From NCBI GenBank assembly GCA_963728915.1, contig CAVSLV010000004.1:384001-448000 (forward strand): 64,000 nucleotides of DNA. The letters are read 5' to 3'. The position numbers and the translations under genes were made by a program. The notes under the pieces are model-generated. The model was not told where the DNA came from and searched no databases. It worked only from the letters and a program-made list of their open reading frames with translations. Positions 52,012 through 60,688 of the stretch are shown in pieces. The first letter of the stretch is position 1; each line of letters starts with the position of its first letter. Source of the stretch: an uncultured Gemmatimonadales bacterium (lineage in GTDB: Bacteria; Gemmatimonadota; Gemmatimonadetes; Gemmatimonadales; GWC2-71-9).

Positions 52012-54087
52012 ATGTCGCATCGAAAGGTTCCGTTCCCACGCCTGGCGAGCTGCCTGATTCTCCTCGCCGTCCCAGGCGTCGCCGCGGCGCAAAGCTGGAA
52101 TGACGCCGAGGTGGCCCAGCTGATCCGCCGGGCCATCCTGGTACGCGAGGTATCCTCCCCCGATTCGGGACTGGTTTCCTATCAAAGCCACGCCCACGGG
52201 TTCGTGTTCTACCTGGTGCAGACCGGGCCAGGATTCCCCGACCCGCCCCGGGTCGCCAAGGCCGACGAGCTCGAGGTCCAAGTCTATTGGCACGCGCCCG
52301 ACCTCGGCAAGCAGCGTATCGTGGCCTGGCGGAGCCAGCCCTACCTCCCGATCGAAGTCAACTATCATCGCGATCACCTCGGGATCGTCACCAACAACTT
52401 CGGGCCCCGCATCCGGATCGGCGAGGGAGACGAGGTCCGCGACGCGGTGCACCCCCTCTCGATCGAGGGACTGAGCGACTATGACTATTCGATTTCCGAC
52501 ACCCTGACCATCCGCACCGGGGCGGCCGGGCCGCTCAGCGTCCTCGCGGTCCAGGTCCGTCCCCGCAACAGAGCGCGGCCCCTGGTGGTGGGGACCATGT
52601 ATCTCGAACGGAGCAGCGCCGCGCTGGTCCGGTTCGAGTTCAGCTTTACCCCGGCCGCCTATCTCCAGCCCGAGATCGAGGACATCAGTGTCCTGCTCGA
52701 GCAATCGCTCTTCGACGGCAAATGGTGGCTGCCCTACGCCCAGCGGATCGAGATCCGGCGCCGGCCCGCCCTGTTCGACTACCCCATCCGCACCATCATC
52801 CGGAGCCGCTGGGAAATCAGCGACTACGACTTCGACGCCGGGTTCCCCGATTATCTGCGCGCCGCGCCCGAGTTCGGTGGGATGGTGACCCCGGCGCGGG
52901 ATACCGGACAATGGGACTCCCCGCTCCGCGCCGCGGCGGAAGCCGCCGAGCCCTTCGACCGCAAGGATTTCGACGACCTCAAGACCCAGGCCCGGTCCCT
53001 CATGGGGCTCCAGGTCCTGGAAGGGCTGCCCCGGGGCCGGCTGGGGACCCCGGCCCTGTCCGAGCTCGCGCGGGTTAACCGGGTTCAGGGCCTCGCCGTG
53101 GGGTTCGCGCTCGGCATGCAGTTCGACGGCGGCTGGGACGGCCGCGGCTCGATCGGCTACGGCCTCTCCGATCACCGGGTCACCGCCAGCCTCGGCGGAG
53201 GGCTGACCCGGGGACAGAACTCGTGGAGCCTCGAGGCCCGCCGCACCATTCGCGACATCGGAGACGAGCCGGTGGTGAGCGGGGTGGTGAACTCGTTTCT
53301 GGCGCAGGAGTCGGGCATCGACCTCGGCAGCTACCTGCTGGGCGAAGAGATCGGCGCGGGCTACCGGCGCAAGCTCGCGCCCCGATGGACCTTCGATCTG
53401 GCCGGGCGGTTCGAGCGGACCAGCTCGGTCGAAACCACGGCGCACCCGATCCGCCGGGAGTACCAGCCTAACCCGGAGCTCGGGAGCGGCTCCTACTGGC
53501 TCAGCCGGGCCAACCTGACCCTGGCGAGCCGGGGATCGCTCGACCGCTCCGATCTGAAAGCCGTCATCGGAGTCGAAGGCGGGGTCGGGGAGAGCCAGTA
53601 CCTGCGGCTGACTTTCCGGTCCGATGGCAGCGTCCCCCTGGGATCGGGGCTGGGCCACCTGCGGCTCCGCACCCTGGCCGGGGTCGCGACCTCCGGTCTT
53701 CCCCGGGCGAGGAGCTTCACCATTGGAGGCCGCGGAACGCTGCCTTCGGAACGGTTCCGGGGGTACGGCGGCCGCCGGGTGGCGACCATGCTGCTGGAGT
53801 GGCGGATTCCATTCCCGGTGCCCACCATCGGGCTTGGCCCCTTCGCCAATACCGGGAACCGGGCCATCATTGCCCCCCTGTTCGGAGTGGGCTGGGCCGG
53901 CGGCGCCATCGACAGCCTTCCCTGGGGAAGCAGCAACGGCGCGCGGCCGGTGGCCGGCATTGCGGCAGAGCTGTTACAGGGACTCCTGCGGTTCGAGCTG
54001 GCGCGTCCCCTCCGGAATGTGGCGGGTGAAGGAGCCAAGCTCCGACTGACGGTGGATATCAGTCCCGAGTGGTGGCCGATTCTGTAG
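52012..54087 (+). CDS. Large secreted/outer-membrane protein with C-terminal beta-barrel
   Basis: Signal peptide (AAAQ); RVNRVQG motif followed by amphipathic strands. Confidence 0.7.
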   Translation: MSHRKVPFPRLASCLILLAVPGVAAAQSWNDAEVAQLIRRAILVREVSSPDSGLVSYQSHAHGFVFYLVQTGPGFPDPPRVAKADELEVQVYWHAPDLGKQRIVAWRSQPYLPIEVNYHRDHLGIVTNNFGPRIRIGEGDEVRDAVHPLSIEGLSDYDYSISDTLTIRTGAAGPLSVLAVQVRPRNRARPLVVGTMYLERSSAALVRFEFSFTPAAYLQPEIEDISVLLEQSLFDGKWWLPYAQRIEIRRRPALFDYPIRTIIRSRWEISDYDFDAGFPDYLRAAPEFGGMVTPARDTGQWDSPLRAAAEAAEPFDRKDFDDLKTQARSLMGLQVLEGLPRGRLGTPALSELARVNRVQGLAVGFALGMQFDGGWDGRGSIGYGLSDHRVTASLGGGLTRGQNSWSLEARRTIRDIGDEPVVSGVVNSFLAQESGIDLGSYLLGEEIGAGYRRKLAPRWTFDLAGRFERTSSVETTAHPIRREYQPNPELGSGSYWLSRANLTLASRGSLDRSDLKAVIGVEGGVGESQYLRLTFRSDGSVPLGSGLGHLRLRTLAGVATSGLPRARSFTIGGRGTLPSERFRGYGGRRVATMLLEWRIPFPVPTIGLGPFANTGNRAIIAPLFGVGWAGGAIDSLPWGSSNGARPVAGIAAELLQGLLRFELARPLRNVAGEGAKLRLTVDISPEWWPIL

Positions 54088-54134
54088 GCGGACGGGCGGA
54101 CAGGCGGACAGGCGGACCGGCGGACCGGCGGACC
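54087..54134 (+). repeat. GGCGGAC(A/C/G) 8-mer x6 (left arm of cassette)
   Basis: Six consecutive units starting at the last base of the upstream stop codon. Confidence 0.95.
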
Positions 54135-54205
54135 GTGCGCCAAAGTGAGACATCACGGATAGAAAGGGTTATGTCCACCGCAATCCCCAATCCCATGCTT
54201 CGAGC

Positions 54206-54568
54206 ATGCAGCCCTATGAGCGGTTCAAGGCTTGGCACGCGTGTCATGCGTTGGCCATTACTACCTATCGGATCACTCTGGGTTGGCCGGATCAGGAGCG
54301 GTTCGGGCTGGTCACTCAAGCACGGCGTGCGGCATTCTCCGCAGGATTGAACATCGTTGAAGGCTCGGCACGACGGGGTCCCCGTGAATTCCGGCGCTTT
54401 CTCGATATTTCGATCGGTTCCCTGGCCGAGTTGGGATACGTGTTTCGAATCGCGGCGGACACCGGTATTCTCGCGGGGACGGATTACGAGGCCCTGAGCC
54501 AAGCTCGCGATCAGGCGGCGAGGCTAACCTGGGGACTTTACGCGAAGGTCCGAAAAGCCGCTTCATAG
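54206..54568 (+). CDS. Four helix bundle protein (23S rRNA IVP / Avd-like family)
   Basis: Y..F.AW, WPDQERFGLVTQARRAA.S..LNIVEG, EFRRFLDISIGSLAEL; 120 aa. Confidence 0.9.
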   Translation: MQPYERFKAWHACHALAITTYRITLGWPDQERFGLVTQARRAAFSAGLNIVEGSARRGPREFRRFLDISIGSLAELGYVFRIAADTGILAGTDYEALSQARDQAARLTWGLYAKVRKAAS

Positions 54569-54573
54569 AAAAC

Positions 54574-54652
54574 TGTCCGCCTGTCGACCGTCCGCCTTTC
54601 CGCCCGTCCGCCTGTCCGCCTGTCCGCCTGTCCGCCTGTCCGCCTGTCCGCC
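54574..54652 (-). repeat. TGTCCGCC 8-mer x~10 (right arm, reverse complement of left arm)
   Basis: Starts 5 nt after the stop codon; last five units are perfect. Confidence 0.95.
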
Positions 54653-54671
54653 CAATTAGCTTTCTCCCGAG

Positions 54672-56960
54672 ATGGCCTTCTCCGACGAATGGTTGCTGGC
54701 GACTGCCTCCTCCCTGTTGCCGGAGGGGCCGCTCATCGCGCTTCGGCGCGATACCGGCGATCGCGGTTCTCTCTGGGAGGCGATGGTGGAGCGCCGTCTG
54801 CTCCCCGATGATCGCATTCTCGATGCGGTCGCCTCCCGCTTCCGGATCCCGATCGCCGACCTGACCCGGATGGACCCCCGGGTAGTGGAAACCGTCCCGG
54901 AGCAGGTGGCCCGCAAATACCAGGTTCTTCCTCTCCGGACCACCGATTCGTTTCTCGAGGTGGCGACGGCGAATCCCTTCGACATCGACGCGGAGAAGAT
55001 GCTGGCCTTCGCGACCGGGCGCGAAGTCCGGATGGTGCTGCTCTCCCCCTCGAAGATCCGGGAGAAGCTCGACGAGATCTACCGTCCCGACGACGTGGTT
55101 TCCAAGCTGCTCGATGGGATCGCGGAAGACGCCGAAGTCACCCAGATCGTCGACGACCCCGACGAGTATCGGGCCAGTGCGGAAGAGGCCCAGGCCCGTC
55201 CCATCATCAAGCTGGTGGACACGCTGATCGCCGACGGGATCACCTCCCGGGCCAGCGACATTCACATCGAGCCCGCCGAGGGCGGAGTCGTGGTGCGCTA
55301 CCGGATCGACGGCGTGTTACGACAGGTGATGCGGATCCCCCGTTCGGCCGGCATTCCCCTGATCTCCCGGATCAAGATCATGTCGGGGATGGACATCGCC
55401 GACCGGCTCCGGCCCCAGGACGGCCGCTGCCGGGTCGCGGTCAACGGCAACCCGGTGGACCTGCGGGTTTCCACCCTGCCGGCCTCCCTGGGCGAGAAGG
55501 CCGTCATCCGGATCCTGAACACCAAGGCCACCGTGCTCACGCTCGAGGCCCTGGGGTTCCTGGAAGAGGAGCGCCGCACCTTCACCGAGCTGCTGGCCAA
55601 CAAGGAAGGCATCCTCCTGGTGACCGGGCCGACCGGGTCCGGCAAGACCACGACCCTGTACGCGGCCCTGCGTCAGGTCCAGGGCGAAGGGGTGAACATC
55701 GTCACGGTGGAGGACCCGGTCGAGTACCGGCTGGGCTCCAACATCGTGCAGGTGCAGGTCCACGAAAAGGCCGGACTGACCTTCGCGACCGCGCTCCGGT
55801 CCATTCTGCGACAGGACCCCGATGTCGTGCTGGTCGGCGAAATCCGCGACATGGAAACCGCCCAGATCGCCATCCAGGCCTCTCTCACCGGACACCTGGT
55901 GCTCTCGACCCTCCACACCAACGACGCCCCCAACACGATCACCCGTCTGGTCGACATGGGGATGGAGGCGTACAAGGTCGGGTCGGCCCTGCGGGGGGTC
56001 GTGGCTCAGCGGCTGCTCCGGCGCCTGTGTCCTCACTGCAAGACCAGGCAAACCGATCCGATCCCCGAACGGGTCAAGAAGTTCCTCCCGCTGGGAGTGC
56101 AGGAACGGCTCTTCCAGCCGGTCGGGTGCGGCGAGTGCGCGATGACCGGCTATCGGGGCCGCTTCGCCATTCTCGAGATTCTGGTGATGACCCAGGAGCT
56201 CGAACGGCTGATCTCCCGGGGCACGACCGCCGATCAGATCGCCTCGACCGCCCGCGCCGACGGCATGAAGGGCCTGTTCGAGAGCGGGCTCCGCCATGTG
56301 GTGAGCGGAGAAACGTCGATCGAGGAGCTGCTCCGGGTGACCGAGCCGCCTCGCGAGGATGATCTGAAGCGGGAGGATGGAGGAAGCGGAGACCGGCGGC
56401 AGGCGACCCGGGGCGGGCCGGCGCGGGTTACGGACGGTGGCGGCGGGGCGCCCGCCATTCATGTGACGGTTGCCGCTCCCACCCCCGCCCCGGCCGAGAC
56501 CCGCCCCGCCTCGGTGCTGGAGTTCTCCCCCGCCTTCGAGCTGCTCGACGACCTGCCGCCGGTCCGGACCGAGGTCACCCGGAAGGGCGCGCTGGTGCTG
56601 CTGGTGGACGACGAAGACCAGCTTCGCCGGGTTATGCGCGACCTGCTGGAGCGGCAGGGCTACACCGTGGTGGAAGCCCGGGACGGCGCCGAGGCGCTGG
56701 ACGAAGTGGATCGCCACGGGCCCGACATCGTGATCCTCGATCTCAACCTGCCGGGAGTGGACGGGTACTCGGTGCTGTCGCAGCTCCGTTCCCGCCAATC
56801 CACCCGCCAGCTCCCCATCATCGTGCTGACCGCCAAGGGCGACGAGGACAACGAAGTCCGGGTCCTCGAGCTCGGCGCCGACGATTTCCTCACCAAGCCG
56901 TTCCGGGCCAAGGCGCTCGCGGCCCGGCTCGAGAACGTGCTCAACAGGAGAGGGCAGTAG
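54672..56960 (+). CDS. GspE/PilB family secretion/pilus ATPase with C-terminal receiver domain
   Basis: ASDIHIEP, GPTGSGKTT, EDPVE, LRQDPDVVLVGEIRD, CPHC/CGEC; then LLVDDE...LDLNLP...GADDFLTKPF. Confidence 0.92.
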   Translation: MAFSDEWLLATASSLLPEGPLIALRRDTGDRGSLWEAMVERRLLPDDRILDAVASRFRIPIADLTRMDPRVVETVPEQVARKYQVLPLRTTDSFLEVATANPFDIDAEKMLAFATGREVRMVLLSPSKIREKLDEIYRPDDVVSKLLDGIAEDAEVTQIVDDPDEYRASAEEAQARPIIKLVDTLIADGITSRASDIHIEPAEGGVVVRYRIDGVLRQVMRIPRSAGIPLISRIKIMSGMDIADRLRPQDGRCRVAVNGNPVDLRVSTLPASLGEKAVIRILNTKATVLTLEALGFLEEERRTFTELLANKEGILLVTGPTGSGKTTTLYAALRQVQGEGVNIVTVEDPVEYRLGSNIVQVQVHEKAGLTFATALRSILRQDPDVVLVGEIRDMETAQIAIQASLTGHLVLSTLHTNDAPNTITRLVDMGMEAYKVGSALRGVVAQRLLRRLCPHCKTRQTDPIPERVKKFLPLGVQERLFQPVGCGECAMTGYRGRFAILEILVMTQELERLISRGTTADQIASTARADGMKGLFESGLRHVVSGETSIEELLRVTEPPREDDLKREDGGSGDRRQATRGGPARVTDGGGGAPAIHVTVAAPTPAPAETRPASVLEFSPAFELLDDLPPVRTEVTRKGALVLLVDDEDQLRRVMRDLLERQGYTVVEARDGAEALDEVDRHGPDIVILDLNLPGVDGYSVLSQLRSRQSTRQLPIIVLTAKGDEDNEVRVLELGADDFLTKPFRAKALAARLENVLNRRGQ

Positions 56961-57186
56961 GTCGGGGGGTCGGGGAGGTCGGGGAGGTCGGGGAGGTCGG
57001 GGAGGTCGGGGAGGTCAGGGAGGTCGGGGAGGTCGGGAGGTCATACCGACCCACTGACCTCTCCGACCCTCCGACCTCGACCCTCCGACCCCTCCGACCC
57101 CTCCGACCCTCCGACCCCTCCGACCCTCCGACCCTCCGACCCTCCGACCCTCCGACCACTCCGACCTCGACCCTCCGACCTCTCCG
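56960..57186. repeat. Large inverted arrays: GGTCGGGGA 9-mers then CCGACCC(C)T 8/9-mers, filling the gap between convergent genes
   Basis: G-rich arm about 56960-57042; C-rich arm about 57046-57186. Confidence 0.95.
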
Positions 57187-57867
57187 TCAGAACCGATACG
57201 CCAGCCCGAACGAAATCACCGGATACAGCGGAACCTTGTGGACGTCGTCCTGGATACTGGCGATCTCGGCGTCGAGATCGGACTGGAGCTGCGGATTGTT
57301 CGCGGCGCCGGTGGCGCTCAAGCTCACCTTCCCGCGCCCAAGCACCGCACCCAGATCGAACACGAACTTGAGAGCGCCATGCTGCGCCGCCGGGGTGCCG
57401 AACCCGATCCCGAGGTAGGGACCAAGGCCCGGCCACTTGACCCGCCCCGTCATGGTGCCGACCTCGGAGGATTGGTAGGTATGGCTGTTGATCTCGAAGG
57501 TGCCGCCCTCGTTGGGGACGCCGGTGCCCCTGAGATCGACAGGGTTGGTGGCGAACCCGGCGCTCAGATGGAAGGCCCCGCGCGAGGCCGGGAAGAAATC
57601 CGCCAGCAGCGTCACCGCGGTCAGCTTGAGCCGGGCGTCGAAGGCGATGTCGCTCTCAGTGCGGCTGTCGCTGATCTTGAAGTAGTTGAACCCGCCTCGC
57701 ACGGCCAGATGGTTCATCACGAGCTTGGCGGCTTCCAGGCCGAAGCCCAGCGTGCTCACCCGGAGACCGACCGAGACATCAGCGCCGTGCTGAGCCAGAA
57801 GCGGGGCTCGGGCAAGGGTGGACAAGGCCACGCACAACGCGACCGCGGTTCCACGAGGGGCACGCAT
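57187..57867 (-). CDS. Outer-membrane beta-barrel protein
   Basis: Signal peptide, STLGFGLE, PYLGIGFG, C-terminal YPVISFGLAYRF. Confidence 0.8.
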   Translation of the reverse strand: MRAPRGTAVALCVALSTLARAPLLAQHGADVSVGLRVSTLGFGLEAAKLVMNHLAVRGGFNYFKISDSRTESDIAFDARLKLTAVTLLADFFPASRGAFHLSAGFATNPVDLRGTGVPNEGGTFEINSHTYQSSEVGTMTGRVKWPGLGPYLGIGFGTPAAQHGALKFVFDLGAVLGRGKVSLSATGAANNPQLQSDLDAEIASIQDDVHKVPLYPVISFGLAYRF

Positions 57868-58004
57868 GGACGCCTCTGTTTGCGGGAAGGCGGAAAGCTA
57901 ACACGGAGCGGTCGGAGGCGGAGTCGGGGAGGACGGGGCGGTGAGGAGGAGCGGCGGAGGACGGTCGGGGAGCGGGGTTGCCCGAGCGGCGTCATATTCT
58001 GAGC

Positions 58005-58555
58005 ATGAATGCCCCGACCCCTCCGACCCCCCGACCCCTCCGACCCCTCCGACCCCCCCGACCCCTCCGTCGGCCAGTCCGCCGGTCCGCCTGTCCGTCT
58101 GCTATGTCGACGTCCTGGTCTTCCGGGGCCAGGGCGATTCGCTCAACGTGCTGTGTCTCCGAAGAAGCGGGAAAGGGCGCTCGCCCGGTTCCTGGGAGGC
58201 GGTGCATGCGCACATCGAGCCGGGCGAGACCCCGGTGCAAACGGCGCTTCGGGAGGTCACCGAGGAGACCGGACTTCGCGTCGAGCGTCTCTACAACCTG
58301 AGCCGGGTGGAGTCGTTCTACCGGCACAGCACGAACGAGGTGGTCCTGGTGCCGGTGTTTGTCGCGTTCGTGCCCGCCGAGGGTGAAGTGCGGATCAGTG
58401 ATGAGCACGATCGCTCCGAGTGGCTTCGGCCCGAGGCGGCGCGGATCCGGGTGAGCTGGCCCCGGATCCGGCGCGAGATCAATCATGCATTGCGGTTGGT
58501 CGGACTGGGGAACGCGGGGCCGCTGGAGGATGTGCTTCGGGTAAAGGCTGGCTAG
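58005..58555 (+). CDS. NUDIX hydrolase; probable ATG at 58005 is one base out of frame across a repeat tract
   Basis: Nudix-like box HIEPGETPVQTALREVTEETGL and SDEHD. Confidence 0.8.
58014..58099. repeat. CCGACCCC(T/C) x6 followed by (G/T)GTCCGCC-type units at the NUDIX 5' end
   Basis: Five 9-nt units and one 8-nt unit (58023-58030), then agtccgcc ggtccgcc tgtccgtc. Confidence 0.88.
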
Positions 58556-58797
58556 GGCTTGAACCGGAGCAACCCGACGATCAATCCTCCCAAGGGAACC
58601 AGCGTGCCAATCCAGAACAGGAACATCCACTTCACCAGATTCGCTCGCTGATTGGCGATCTCGACCCGGATCTCGGTCCGAACATCTCCCAGTCTCCTCT
58701 CGGACCGCGATTCGAGCTCGGCCAGACGCTTTTCCAGATGTGCTTCAAAGCGCTGGAAGTAGAGGTCGGCCACCTCCCGCACCGCGGTCCGACTCAA
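58552..58797 (-). CDS. Short coiled-coil plus TM protein (DUF1640-like), possibly N-terminally truncated
   Basis: FE..LEKRLAEL...EIRVEIAN..ANLVKWMFLFWIG. Confidence 0.6.
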   Translation of the reverse strand: MSRTAVREVADLYFQRFEAHLEKRLAELESRSERRLGDVRTEIRVEIANQRANLVKWMFLFWIGTLVPLGGLIVGLLRFKP

Positions 58798-58865
58798 AAC
58801 AGCCCCCTCTTCTGGTGGAGTCTCTGAAGCAGTCTCGCGGTCACCGGCACGAAAAGCGCGTCCGC

Positions 58866-59234
58866 TTATCCGCCTATCCGTTGCTCCCCTTGTCCGCCAG
58901 GCCAGACCGCCTGCGCGGCGCCCACCAGCACGACACCCACCACCGCCCCAACCATCCCCGCCACGAAATCCGCCACCTCGGCGCTCCGGTACCGGATGAG
59001 TCCCTGCACCAGCTCCACTCCACCCGCGAAGGCGGCCGAAACCACCAACACCTGAAGGACCGGTGGCCAGCGATTGATCCGGTAGAGCACCGCGAACCCC
59101 AGGAACAGCACGACGTGGACCATCTTGTCGAACTGCCTGGGCGCGTGAAACGGCATCTCGGGAATCGGATAGAAGAAGAGCACCAGCATGCCGAGGAAAT
59201 AGATCCGGAACACCCAGCGGCGGAGGGAAGGCAT
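58866..59234 (-). CDS. VanZ-like membrane protein
   Basis: FDKMVH..LF and VELVQGLIRYRSAEVADF motifs. Confidence 0.82.
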   Translation of the reverse strand: MPSLRRWVFRIYFLGMLVLFFYPIPEMPFHAPRQFDKMVHVVLFLGFAVLYRINRWPPVLQVLVVSAAFAGGVELVQGLIRYRSAEVADFVAGMVGAVVGVVLVGAAQAVWPGGQGEQRIGG

Positions 59235-59264
59235 TATCGAAGATATATATAGGAGAGGCCAGAG

Positions 59265-59326
59265 AGTCGGAGGGTCAGGGTGGTCGGAGGGCCGGTCCCC
59301 CCGACCCCCCGACCCCCACTCTCCTA
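59265..59326. repeat. Inverted degenerate GGTCGGAG / CCGACCCC arrays in divergent intergenic region
   Basis: agtcggag ggtcaggg tggtcggag ... ccgacccc ccgacccc. Confidence 0.75.
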
Positions 59327-59370
59327 CCCCCGGTGACGGTCATGTGACGTTCTCACCGTACCGTCCGACG

Positions 59371-60548
59371 ATGCCCCCGAGAATCCTGCTCTCTCCCCCG
59401 ATCTCTCGGGGGATGAGATGAAACTGGTCCAGGAAGCCCTCCTCTCCGGCTGGGTGGCGCCGCTTGGCCCCATGGTCTTCGCCTTCGAACGGGAGTTCGC
59501 CGAGGCGGTGGGGGCGAAACATGCAGTCGCGCTCTCATCCGGCACCGCAGCACTCCACCTGGCCCTCATCGATGCCGGCGTCGGGCCGGGGGATGAAGTC
59601 GCCACCTCCTCGCTGACCTTTGCCGCGACCGCCTTCGCCATTCGCTACGTCGGCGCGACCCCGGTGTTCATCGACAGCGAGTTCCGCTCCTGGAACATGC
59701 ACCCCGGATTCCTGTCCGACTGGCTGGACGATCGCGGCTACAAGAACCGGCTCCCCAAAGCGGTCATCCCGGTCCACCTCTATGGCCAGACCGCCGATCG
59801 CGATCCGATCCTCGCCGCCTGCGCGAAATGGGGCGTCACCCTCATCGAGGATGCCGCGGAGGCTCTGGGCTCCACCTACCACGGCCACGCGCCGGGAAAG
59901 GGGGCGCGCTGCTCGGCGTGGTCGTTCAACGGCAACAAGATGATCACCACCTCGGGCGGCGGCATGCTGACCACCGATGATCCCAACGTCGAAGCCCACG
60001 TGCGGAAGCTCGCCACCCAGGCGCGCGAGCCAGCGGTGCACTACGAGCACACCGAGATCGGCTACAACTACCGGCTCTCCAACATCTCGGCGGCGATCGG
60101 GCTGGCCCAGCTCCGGACCCTGGACCAGAGGGTCCGTACCCGCCGGGCCCATTTCGAGGCATACGTCAAAGGTCTCGCGGACATCCCGGCGCTTTCGTTC
60201 CAGGAAGAGATGGCCTGGGGCACTCACTCCCGGTGGCTCACCTGCTGCCTGGTCAATCCCGAATTCGGGATCGACCGGCAGGCTGTTCTGGAAACCCTGG
60301 ACGAGGCTGGCATCGAGGCCAGACCGGTATGGAAGCCGATGCACGAACAGCCGGTTTTCGATTCCTGCACCGTGATCGGCGGCATGGTAAGCTCGACCCT
60401 CTTCAAGCACGGGATCTGCCTCCCTTCGGGTTCCGGCATGAGCGCGACCGCGCGACAGGCGGTGATCTCGGCGATCCGAAAGGCATTTTCATCGGGAGAA
60501 AAGCGGCGCCGCCATACCCTCCGAAATCAGGCCGAATCTGCCCGCTGA
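59371..60548 (+). CDS. DegT/DnrJ/EryC1/StrS aminotransferase; apparent 1-nt deletion near 59395
   Basis: SSGTAALHL, VHLYG, EDAAEALG, SFNGNKMITTSGGG and GYNYRL motifs; MPPRILLSPP N-terminus lies one frame off. Confidence 0.9.
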
Positions 60549-60688
60549 CTGCTGCATCCGCGCTGCAATCGTGCCCGGTGACGCCGGTGTAACGTCCGCC
60601 CCCTAGAATCGCGGCCTATGTTGTTCTCAACCCAGGGCGTCCCACCCGCATCCCCGGTGCGGGTGCGGGCGGTCTTCGCGTCGATACC

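Noticed and set aside
54206..54568. Diversity-generating retroelement or 23S rRNA IVS
   Set aside because: No reverse transcriptase, template/variable repeat pair or rRNA sequence is visible in the window.
56960..57186. Repeat arrays (also 19234, 51257, 54087) as CRISPR
   Set aside because: Units are 7-9 nt and directly adjacent, with no unique spacers and no cas genes.
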